From positions 1 through 38,506 of the forward strand of contig MCFE01000763.1 in the NCBI GenBank assembly GCA_002104905.1: a stretch of 38,506 nt of DNA. The letters are read 5' to 3'. The stretch is from Basidiobolus meristosporus CBS 931.73 (taxonomy: Eukaryota; Fungi; Basidiobolomycota). The position numbers and the translations under genes are program-made. Under the pieces are notes generated by a model. That model saw nothing but the letters and a program-made list of their open reading frames with translations, searched no databases and was not told where the DNA came from. Positions 20,959 through 31,501 of the stretch are shown one piece after another. Numbering within the stretch: position 1 is the first letter of the stretch; every line of letters begins with the position of its first letter.

Positions 20959-22674
20959 TGTAATTTAGTTCTGAATACCAAACCAGGTTCATCGAGTCAC
21001 GTTATATAATGGGCTCGTGAAACTGGATGACAAATTGATCGAAATTTCTGGCAAATGATCATTTTTTTTTGATGATGATCACTTATCAAGTAGTGAGATA
21101 CTGACCATTTTTGGTTAGAACTACGATGGCTTTCATGGTGTGTTATGTAATATACATCAAGCAGCGGGGGATAGACATGACCGCCTATGCTTTGATTATC
21201 TTTACGTTCTAGTTACGAATCTAATTTTGGGCTGAGTGTCTTCGGCGAGATGAAGGATTCAAATACGTTGCTTCCGTGGCTTTAGAAAGTCACTTATCGA
21301 GGTACAGTGCTTCGTTTACTGTCAGACTAGTTAGATTTCAGCTTACATGTACGTTACCTGTCGTCTGGCTATTTACGTAGCTAAATATTCATGAAGCCGT
21401 ATAGACTGCCACTTGGAAGAATCGAATCGTGATTGAGCACGCAAAATTTTATTGACACGTGACGCAATCACGGAGGTATTACAAAAGCTGGAACAGGTAA
21501 TGCTGAGGATGTCAGATCTGAGATAATACCACATTTCACTCAGTGCTTAGACCCACAGAGTCAATTCCCAACCGGGTAGGTTTCATGTAGCGATCCACTA
21601 GCTTGGATCAGCTTGTGGGTCTTTCCTCCAATAAGATACAACCTCTTGGGCTTTTGGCAAACTCGATTCCATACGTAATTCAAGATGTGATAGAAACATC
21701 TTCGTCGACTTCAACAACGCAGTGATTCTCACGTAAAGAAGGAAATCCCTTCGAACATTCCAAAATTCTGCCAAGTCTGCCAACCAATCTTGTATAAGCG
21801 GTACTTTATCCCGATTGCATACGAAATCCGAACCCAGTGCTTATGCCGGGGATGAGCAACTGCAGGAGGAGTTGTAGAAGTTTTCGGAAAAGTTGGTGAA
21901 AGCGAAGGTTTCTGTATAAAAGATGTAAACAAGCCAATTAATCATTAAAATATTGATGGAGTAACTACCATAGATGTGTAATAGCGTAATTCCTCAGAGT
22001 TATGAGCCACTAATTGACTTCTGACATCCTTGGTACCTGAACAAAGCAGGCCTGTCTATCAATCTGTTGATGATATTATTCTTATCTTCCACAGGGAACA
22101 CATTCCATACAACTTGCATGCATGCATACATAACTCTTGTCTTGGCTAAGGTTGCAAACATGGGAAAATAGCGGAATATGAAATGCATGTTTCAATGTTA
22201 CAGCGCTTGATATTTTATAGGTCGAAATTACCACTATCCCCGGAGTATATATCACTCAATTATTACCACTGTACTTGACCAAGTAGGCAGCATTGTCAAG
22301 GAGTATCAAACTGTAGATCTTTGTGTGTGTTTTCATTTTTGTGATTAGGGTTGTTGCTCCATAACAAAACCGCCATGATCTCAACTTGGACTATGCAAAG
22401 AAACACACACATATTACCCTGTCTCACTGGAAGATAAAGTAAGCAAAGATTTCAATTTCCTTTTTCCATCAAACTTAAACTTCATACCAGCCTAATCTCG
22501 GGACCAAGTAGGCAGATTAGGACGTAAATGTTGTAGTTGAGGCTAGAAAGGTTGAAAGCCATATACTACTGATGTAGTTTCTTAACTAATGTACATAGTG
22601 AAGGGTCATTCTACGATAGCAGGTAGGAAAGGTTAGATAATTCATAAGAGCCAAGTACTGGATTGAGTGGCACT

Positions 22675-22810
22675 AATACCTAATGCATCAATCCTCTGGA
22701 AGTTGACCTCGTCTAAGGTGGTGAGGTAGGATACGGCACTTTTGAGGTTCTTCAAGATATCTTGGGAGGCCTTCACTCTAACCCTGATAGGCGGCATCAA
22801 AAGTATGAGA
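22675..22810 (-). pseudogene. Alpha/beta hydrolase relic 2
   Basis: gacctcgtctaaggtggtgaggtaggatacggcacttttga...ttcaagatatcttgggaggccttcactct matches about 32120-32240. Confidence 0.8.
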
Positions 22811-23674
22811 TAATATCATTTTGTTCGGTAAGAAGTATGAACATTGACACTCAATCCCCATCACTAGATATGACTGTACTCGCTCTAGTTACTATCCTCA
22901 AGTTTTGGTTAAATGCATACCGTTCCACATACTCTGCATTGGTTGGACTTCAAAACATTCACCATAATGATTTCCCGTACTGTAAGAACTGCCAGTGAAA
23001 AGCCTTACATGGCCAACTGAATCCGAAAGATACACCTCGTAGTCTCCCTTGGAAGGCAATCTTCACAACCTTCTTCAGCATGCTGACACAGTAGCACAAA
23101 AGCCAAACCAGTATTTTACCCGATATCCAGTGGATTGCTAGGTAGGATGCAATTGTGAACAACAAACATATTGTCAGCCGCAATCCCGTATACAAACCGT
23201 GCCGATAAAAATCATTCTTAGCATTATGTTGATGCCGAGTATTCTTCAACATGCAACTAGTCATGCCGTGGCTTTTTAGCTTCTGCTTCAAATTAAGTAA
23301 CGAGAAAACGAATAAAGATTGTCATTCCTGAGTCTGAGCATATCGAGGGTTTGTTTATTGTCAATAAATAAGTGGGGAATGATAATATTTGAAAAGTCCA
23401 TTGATATGAGGCACAGATACGTGAATAGTTAGGTCTGCTAGATATATCTATCAAACTATTCAGTTTTGAAATTGTTACTGAACAGGAGTAGCAATCTGTG
23501 GAGCTTTCATGGTTAGGGCAAACAAAGCTATGGCCCCCAATGGTAGTACTTAAGGTTAGTTCACCTACCAATACAATGACTATGTACGTTGTATTTGCTT
23601 ATTTTATTTGCATAGAAGGTTGTTGCTCTCTTTACAATGAACAAGGATTACATATTATACACATGGACAGCCTC

Positions 23675-24403
23675 TCAAAGACTTGAGAACACTTTGATAG
23701 CATTCACCGCAGTAGATTTGGCACTTGCAGGGTTAGCGCCAGTGACCACACGACCATCAGTCTGAGTAAAGTCGGCAAAAGGAGTAGGGGGTGCCACATA
23801 CTCTGCCCCGACCGCCGCTGCTCCTTCCTCGATTGTAGCCACATTGGCCGATTTGATCAGCTCAAGCAGATTTAGCATTTCCTCACCCTCAGTGGTGAAC
23901 CCAGTAACCTTTTTGCCAGCAATGATGGACTTACCAGTGGTACTATCCATGATACCTGGGAGAATGGCGGGTCCATGACATACAGCCGAAACCACACCCC
24001 CGCGCTTATAAATGTCTTCAGCAATATGCTGCAGGTGACGAGCTGTAGGATAATCCCACAGGGTTGCGTGGCCAGCAGAGGCAAAGAACAGCCCGTAGTC
24101 AGCAGGGTTGAGATCTTCCGCCTTGTAAAGCTGCGAGTTCAGTTTGACATTGAATGGATGTGAAGGGTCGGCCAGCACCTTTTGATCATCTTCGGACAGG
24201 AAATCCTTAGAGAGGGAGTGCTCATCCACTCCGTAGGTACCAGTCTCGGACGCAAAGTCGACCTCAAACCCGGCCTCAACAAGCGCTTCGTAAGGATGCA
24301 ATGCTTCGGTGTAAAACAGTCCGGTTTTACTGCCGTTGGCGTAGAAGGGCTCGTTATAGCTGGTGATGGCTAGTAGTGCTCTGCGTGGAAGGTTGGCTGG
24401 CAT
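23675..24403 (-). CDS. HSP31: DJ-1/PfpI family Hsp31-like glyoxalase, copy 2
   Basis: Same motifs as copy 1, intact 242 aa. Confidence 0.95.
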   Translation of the reverse strand: MPANLPRRALLAITSYNEPFYANGSKTGLFYTEALHPYEALVEAGFEVDFASETGTYGVDEHSLSKDFLSEDDQKVLADPSHPFNVKLNSQLYKAEDLNPADYGLFFASAGHATLWDYPTARHLQHIAEDIYKRGGVVSAVCHGPAILPGIMDSTTGKSIIAGKKVTGFTTEGEEMLNLLELIKSANVATIEEGAAAVGAEYVAPPTPFADFTQTDGRVVTGANPASAKSTAVNAIKVFSSL

Positions 24404-25301
24404 TGTAATTTAGTTCTGAATACCAAACCAGGTTCATCGAGTCACGTTATATAATGGGCTCGTGAAACTGGATGACAAATTGATCGAAATTTCTGGCAAA
24501 TGATCATTTTTTTTGATGATGATCACTTATCAAGTAGTTGAGATACTGACCATTTTTGGTTAGAACTACGATGGCTTTCATGGTGTGTTATGTAATGCAC
24601 ATCAAGCAGCGGAGTTAGACATGACCGCCTATGCTTTGATTATCTTTACGTTCTAGTTACGAATCTACTTTTGGGCTGAGTGGCTTCGGGGAGATGAAGG
24701 ATTCAAATACGTTGCTTCCGTGGCTTTAGAAAGTCACTTATCGAGGTACAGTGCTTCGTTTACTGTCAGACTAGTTAGATTTCAGCTTACATGCTAAATG
24801 TACGTTACCTGTCGTCTAGCTATTTACGTAGCTAAATATTCGTGAAGCCGTATAGACTGCCACTTGGAAGAATCGAATCGTGATTGAGCACGCAAAATTT
24901 TATTGACACGTGACGCAATCACGGAGGTAATGTGAGATAATACTGATTCGTCCGGCGCTTGCATTGTTTGTAAGTATAGATGAACTGATTCCATATCGAC
25001 ATTGACTGCCAATGTCATTAACCGGCGTGACACTGCAAGTCACTATACCTGCTAGTAGTTCACGCTTGGACGATTATCGCATAATTTTGGTTAAATAGCA
25101 CTCACTCCACTTACGCTGAGTATTCAACCATGGTATTATTAACTACGTTAGTCTTGAAAGTTACATTGTGTGTGGTGTACAGGGTATTGGGTCATGGATG
25201 TTGGTTATCGTTAAGATAACTGTCGTTTGCTATTGCTTCAGTGCATGTGGGATTTCATTTGCTGTTTATTGATTATCTATATGTTGGTGCTAGTCTTTAC
25301 T

Positions 25302-25990
25302 TCAGCACTGGCTCCTCTCAAGATGGGTGTTGGGAGGGTTAATCACACTACATAGTGGTGAAACATATCCATCTGCTGGCTTGGGAGACAAAGCCAAGGT
25401 ACTGAGGATTCCGTTGCTTAGCATATTGGTAGTTGCTGGGACAATCAATCCATCTGAGCTAGGATTTGATAGGCTTCGGTAGACACACACACGCTCTCCA
25501 CGGCAGTTAGCCTCACTGAAGAAGCAGAAAGTATTCTCAGCGAAAGGACTGAAATTCATGACTCCCACATTGGGCTTGGGCGATATGTTGTAGCATTGGT
25601 TGATCTTTGGATAATACAACTGATAGGTAGATCCATAGGCGCCATCCTCTCCGTTACAATAGCCCATGACTCCGTTGGGAATGGAGTTAGGGGACACAGA
25701 GGTCTCGCTATCATCAACCTGGTAGTTAGTTTCGTTCATTGGATACTCCCAGTCAAGTCTGCTTCGGAGGAAAGCACGGCCGAATACCAAGTGGGATAGT
25801 TCATACTATTGATCAGGCATTGATGTGTTACACTTGTGAATGGCAGGTTAGGCGGAAACTCCTCCACAATAGGGGAGTATGTCAAGGGAGGAAGTAGTCC
25901 GTTTGTGCCAATCTTAGGGTCCAGAGGCTTGCTTGTTACAGAGGCGGCAAGTACACCCAGAATAGCGAGGTCAGTTATACGGAAAAGCAT
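25302..25990 (-). CDS. Secreted Cys-containing protein of unknown family, split by a frameshift or an intron
   Basis: TATAAAA at 26022-26028. Signal peptide MLFRITDLAILGVLAASVTS-KP (25736-25990) overlaps a second frame (25302-25790) with protein-like QCYNI...FCFFSEANCRG. A 113-nt GTAACA..CTAAC..CAG intron would join them in frame. Confidence 0.55.
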
Positions 25991-26085
25991 TGTTATGGCA
26001 GCATACCATGCTACGTTTCTCTTTTATATTGGTTCCCCAAACCTCAGTTACTAGTAGGAAAATTTTTGGAAGAATTGTCTATCTC

Positions 26086-26162
26086 AAAGTATTCCAAAGA
26101 GAAGGTTTAGTGCTGGTAATTGCCTATCAGAAAGTGTTCCAAAGAGAAGGCTTAGTACTGGT
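26086..26162. repeat. 45-bp-period direct duplication upstream of the 25990 gene
   Basis: aaagtattccaaagagaaggtttagtgctggt at 26086 and aaagtgttccaaagagaaggcttagtactggt at 26131. Confidence 0.85.
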
Positions 26163-26710
26163 GGAAGCTTGTCTGATAGCGGAATCTGATTGCGCTCGAA
26201 GTCTTGAGTTCGATTTTCCTGGGTTTTTTCTTTGAGTCGAGCAAGTTTATCCGAGGGAACATAGCGGCTGGAGTAATATGGTAATTACCAACTAGTAGCA
26301 GCAATAACTTTCCAGTGTTTTGGCTTCCAGATCCATACACCAATTACAAAACTTCTCTGGTTAATGCGATTTCGCCCCCGCAACATTCGCCAAGATGGAA
26401 AGTGCCGGAATTAAGTTACGAGTAGTTCCTGCTTATAGTAATGTCTTGTGTAGCTAAATCAATTTACCTCAATATGGAGATATCCTACACTTAGCACACA
26501 CCGGTTTGGCTATTTATGGTTGGATGGTGTCAATACGAAAAATAAGGCAACAGGGATGAAGGAATGGGGGTAGTAAAAAACTCTGAAAGAGATTTACTGA
26601 TTTATATGGTCAGTTATTGCAACTAAGCTGCTACCTTCATTGAGATGAAAGGATGTGGATATTGGTGTCACTATATTAGTTGACGAGGTTAGTAGGAATA
26701 TAGTAAATAG

Positions 26711-26742
<32 letters not shown>
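26711..26742. repeat. (TA)n microsatellite
   Basis: Run of TA dinucleotides just left of the third segmental copy. Confidence 0.95.
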
Positions 26743-27645
26743 ATAGAATTCATCTAATAATTATCTATCACTGAAAAATGCCATCTTGCAAACAAAATCT
26801 TAAGCATTTTTCTTTTCATTGCTTGCTGATTTATAATGTGAATTTGTAGCAATATAGATTGATATTTTGATTGGTATTTTGATTTGATTTTTCAATGATA
26901 GTTGGGTAACAACAAGCTGTCAGAATGTGCAAACCGTCCTTTAGCGTACTGGGAATGTACTATATACATAATCCTGTAAAGTACAGTCGTAACGATACCG
27001 AGCTGCAGATGCTTCCTATTTATAGGGGAAAAAATCGAAAAAATTTTCCCTTATTTCGTGGCCAAATCCCACAATATTAGAAGAGACAAAAAAATCTGTA
27101 TTATATATACTGCTCCGTACTGGAAACATTGACTATGAAATAACCAACTACGTAAGAACAGTGCCATTCCTGTGTGCACGCATCAAGCCCTTGCTTGAGA
27201 AGTCGTAGTATGAGTCGTTTTGCGTCTCACGAATACTACAATCGTATTTCGGCTTAGACCAAAAATCATGTTTACGGCAATTTAACTCCCAATATCGATA
27301 CACTTATTTTACAGTTCGATGCAGCAACTACACAAACATTTAAAATGGCGTTTACAAAGGCTCACTGACATCCCAAAGTAGGGACCTACCGATTCTCCAA
27401 TACGGTAGTTGATACATAACGCTGATTGAACTGTTGCATGCACTATTTCACCCTTGCTACCAACCAAATGTGAAGTGTCCCTGTTCCTTCGATGTCTGTC
27501 GTTGTAGGTTATCAATTCTTTTTGGACTGGTGCACTGTGTCTACCATGGATTGATAGTCTGTGAGACTGTGAGAGTAGGGTAGTCGCGCAAGGAGGGTTT
27601 ATTTGTTTTGCCTACTCAATATTCTCTGTTTAGGTTGATTTATCT

Positions 27646-27935
27646 GTATTTTGTCACGAGGCCTTTAGTGCCGTTGGCATTAGTAATGTTCAGGTTATCG
27701 TGCTTTCTGATCACGGTGGTGAAAGCCTGGCGCAATAACGGGGATTGGACATTGGGCGTCTTAACGACAGGTAAAGCTCGAGTGTTTTGGTAGTAATCGG
27801 CTGCATACTGTGCACATGGTGAGATGCGATAATGAGCCCTTCTATACTCGCGAGTGCGTGGAAAAGAACAGGGGCAGCAACGGCTACATGATTTGTGGCA
27901 AGGCCTGGAATCACTGCTACGGTAACAAAGCGCAT
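27646..27935 (-). pseudogene. Secreted family A, copy A4 (pseudogene)
   Basis: Frameshift after MRFVTVAVIPGLATNHVAVAAP, and a large deletion of the C-terminal coding region. Confidence 0.85.
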
Positions 27936-28158
27936 GTGGAGAAACAGTTGAATAATGAATTTGTGTACTGGGTAAATTCCTATTATGTATAGCATAGCTC
28001 ACCTTTCCTTGACTAATCAGGTCATTACTCATACCCTCAGTATTTTACAAACGTTTCCATAGTTTCTTATTTTTTCAATTTCCTTCCATTATTTTGTGGA
28101 GCTCATCATGACTAAACCTGATATGTGTAGTTACATGGCTTTTGTCTTTATTCTATTG

Positions 28159-28710
28159 CTAATCTGAGTATTTGTTTCCACTGAAATATCTAACTTTGAA
28201 GTGGCGACGAGCAGATCTCTTATACTTCTTGTACCCACCTCTAAGCGCACGCGCTGCTGGCTGAGTGATGATAATTTGTGGCTGTTGCTGCTTGGGCTGG
28301 TACAAGGTTTGATCAATGACTTGCGCTTGGTCGAATTGGTTTGAGTTGGACAAGGCATTGGCTTTACTGGAGGAATGGCCATTGATTTTGTCCAGCAAGG
28401 CTTGGGATGGTTGAAGATTGGAAATATCGAACCCTTGCAACCCAGAGAATCCTGGCTGCTCACCCGAAGTCTCGCTTGTCTGCATTGGAGCACTCATCTC
28501 TGAATCATCCCCCTCCTCAGTTGACGGCTGGTATTCTTGACTGGGGGCCGAGGTGTCCTGATAACAAGCACCCTGTTGTTCGACGCATGGCTCATTGGTG
28601 AAGGCTACCTGGGAGTCACCGAGTGGGGTAGCGGAGATTGCTTGCAACGAAGCGATGGCGGAAACTAGCAAGAGGAAGGAAAGCTGCATGACTGGCTGGT
28701 GGAGTCTCAT
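28159..28710 (-). CDS. Secreted family B, copy B3 (183 aa)
   Basis: Nearly identical to B1, differing by two substitutions and the last few residues. Confidence 0.8.
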   Translation of the reverse strand: MRLHQPVMQLSFLLLVSAIASLQAISATPLGDSQVAFTNEPCVEQQGACYQDTSAPSQEYQPSTEEGDDSEMSAPMQTSETSGEQPGFSGLQGFDISNLQPSQALLDKINGHSSSKANALSNSNQFDQAQVIDQTLYQPKQQQPQIIITQPAARALRGGYKKYKRSARRHFKVRYFSGNKYSD

Positions 28711-28777
28711 GCGAACTTCCCCGATTTATATCACCTTCTCGATCCCACTCTATTAGGCTTCGTTCATAGCACTAGCT

Positions 28778-29445
28778 TTATGCAACATAGATTGATTTAG
28801 CCTGGTTGCCTCGCCAGTTGCTACTTAAAACATGACCCCAAACCTTATGCCTAGCTAGTGATTCTCGTAAGTGAGACAGTGCATATACGAAACACCACTC
28901 TAGTGCACTTTGCGGGGGCGCTGCATATCCAATACCAAACGAGATAATCCCTACTCCACCATGGCACTGAATACCTTGTAAGTTACTGTTTCTGTACAGG
29001 AAATATCATGCCAACTTACTCTTCTCCAGCAGTAACCTTTGTTACAGCCGCAAATATCCTTACCACCTTTTTGCTTAGTCACCCCACAGACTAGATTTGA
29101 GTTCTCCCAGCTTTTTGCTGTCTTCTCGAAGCGATCCCGGGCATCGAAAAATACGTCAACCCCATTAGTTGCATCAAGAGCACGCTTTACCACGCTATTG
29201 CTAGGTGTTACCAGGCTTTGAGTAAACTCCTGGATCATCTTCACGCATTCCGCGAACCTTACTTCCTTACCAGCGGGAATTGTCTTCAGTGAAGATAAAA
29301 ATTCTTCGCTACACGCCTTTACGTTTTTAAATAGCTCCACATGCTCGGGGGTTGCCGTAATACTGGGCTGGTTGCGGTCAAGAGGAGCGGCAAAAGAGGA
29401 TGCAAGCATCAAAGTACTGACTAAGAGGATATTTCTGAAAAGCAT
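28778..29445 (-). CDS. Cys-rich secreted family C, copy C3 (exons 1-2 intact, exon 3 deleted; possibly non-functional)
   Basis: TATAAA at 29488-29493, signal peptide MLFRNILLVSTLMLASSFA-AP, dibasic KR site. Intron 28967-29019 (GTAAGT..CAG, 53 nt) restores GYCWRR-CHGG...EWC. A deletion of about 260 bp relative to C2 removes exon 3, so the frame runs into unrelated sequence to TAA at 28778. Confidence 0.65.
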
Positions 29446-30267
29446 TTTGTTATTAGATGTTTCTTGAATGGATACTCCTCTTTGGGCTTTATATTCGTTT
29501 ATGTGTAGTCCCGGCCAACCTTCTTAGTTCCCACGACTGCCAATCACTAAGTTTGTAAGTCATACAACATGCAGGTACTGGCGACGTTATATTAAATTGG
29601 AAATCCCCTTTGGTAATCCACCTGGATGTTTAGTCTGTCAAGACTGTGTGCTCGAAATACGCTTGATTTGTAATCTTTTTATATCTTGGGTTTATGCACC
29701 TGACTGTTGCCGATATCGTAGAGAAAAGTCATCCAATTATGAGCAACCATAACGCATTCTTGGATTATGTATATAGTATATGTTCAAACACTGCTTTGAT
29801 ATTGTGTAATTATTTGCATTAGTTCAAGCTGAAGGCTCACTTTTGTTAATCAATGAGCAATCGATCGTAAAGCTGGTTAAAGAGGTTCTGTCATTGATAT
29901 ATATAATGCCGTAGTACCTTTTTTAGCAATGAAGGCCTTGAACCACTTGAGGTCACTATGGGTCATTAGCATGTACACAAATATAGATAATTTATCCGAG
30001 TAATCATTATGTGCTGAGCATAGTTCCAAGAAACTATAAGGTCCTTTCTCTCTTCAAGCACCATGACTGGGTAGGGAGTAGCGATGAATGGGGGGGTAAG
30101 GGAAAGCTTCATGATTGATTTGGTGCAAAGTAAGATTAGGATGACCAACATAAATGAGTCAGATCACGTTCCAAAACTGAAAACAGTCTAGTTTATCCGG
30201 TACAAAGTAGCATTTTTCGCGAGTTGAATTCATCACTGAGCAATGTCTCCTAGATTTGTACACAGCA

Positions 30268-30797
30268 GTAGATTCGACTGGGTAGTATGAGAATATCTTT
30301 CAAGATGTTAGGATGGTGACGTGTAGAGATATACTCAGGGTAATAATCGTTTCTACCGCTCTTCCCAATTCTAACTTCATTATTTATTTTTTGCTTCGTA
30401 TTTTTAACTTATTGTGAGTAAATGTGATTTGTCTTTTTTTTGGGCTACTGAAATGTCTTTGTACGCGTTGATGTATGTTTACTCCTTAGTTTGTAGCAAC
30501 AAGTGTTACGTACTTAAAGAGTAATGTTCTTTAGAGAGTACAAAACTAGATAACGTGTGTGTTATCTTGTAGATTCGACAGGATAGTGTAAGAATATCTC
30601 TTAAAAGATTAGGATGGTGACTTTGTAGAAATATATTCAAGCTAATATTCGTTTCTACTACGCTTTTCTGCGTATAACCCCAAAAATTCCTTTTTATTTG
30701 ATTGCTTGTTTGGTATTTATACCTTATTGTGAGTCTGGTGATTTGTCTTTGATTTGCTTTTCCCTGGCTACTAAGTCGTCTTTGTATGCGTTGATGT
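30268..30797. repeat. Diverged roughly 300-bp-period tandem duplication upstream of the second tRNA
   Basis: tagattcgac...gagaatatct...taggatggtgac...cgtttctac...cttattgtgagt...tttgta(c/t)gcgttgatgt occurs twice (about 30268-30478 and 30568-30797). Confidence 0.75.
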
Positions 30798-30845
30798 CAC
30801 TTAACATCGAGTGACTCTTTACTCTGTAACACAAACACATTAGCA

Positions 30846-30927
30846 GGTGAGATGGCCGAGTGGTCAAAGGCGCTGCGTTCAGGTCGCAGTCTCTCTGGAG
30901 GCGTGGGTTCGAACCCCACTCTCATCA
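30846..30927 (+). tRNA. tRNA-Leu-CAG: tRNA-Leu (anticodon CAG), second copy
   Basis: Full cloverleaf, acceptor stem GGTGAGA/TCTCATC, TTTTT terminator just downstream. Confidence 0.97.
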
Positions 30928-31501
30928 GCAATATTTTTCTTGTTGCACAAACACTGGTTGCTTTAATTTTACTGGATGCAATGAAAGAGTTGGTATACTC
31001 TCTTGGTTCAAGTAATAATCACTAATTTGATAATTCATCATTGATTGCCCTACTACTTAGACTACTCACCACTCATTCATCGTTGGTGACCCTACTGCTT
31101 GTTATTACTCTGGCAGATTCGGAATATAGATATTACTCCACCAGTTTATGAGGTAAATATATACATACATACATAGAACATGCAAGCTATAGACTGTCAG
31201 TCTACTTATGTCAATCTTTACGGCGCAAGGTCAGATGCATTGTTTCGCTGGCTTGCATGGACATCCGAGAAAATCGAAGCAAAAAGTAAAGTCTCCGTGA
31301 TTTTCTTCAGCAATCGAGGAGATTGATAGTAACTTCATTAGAATTATAACGACTCCTAACATAAAGCGCGCGCACACAGCGCTGGTTTATTAGCATACAT
31401 GTATGCCTGAATCGCTTTCGCTACCATCCAACTAGTGCGAATCAACCTCCGTAAATAAAGATATTACACTTGTTTATTAATGATTGATATGTACATTGAT
31501 C

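Noticed and set aside
21540-21930. Plus-strand relic YAGDEQLQEEL*KFSEKLVKAKV resembling the C-terminus of HSL-family esterases
   Set aside because: Too short and interrupted, and no HGGG or GDSAG motif was found upstream.
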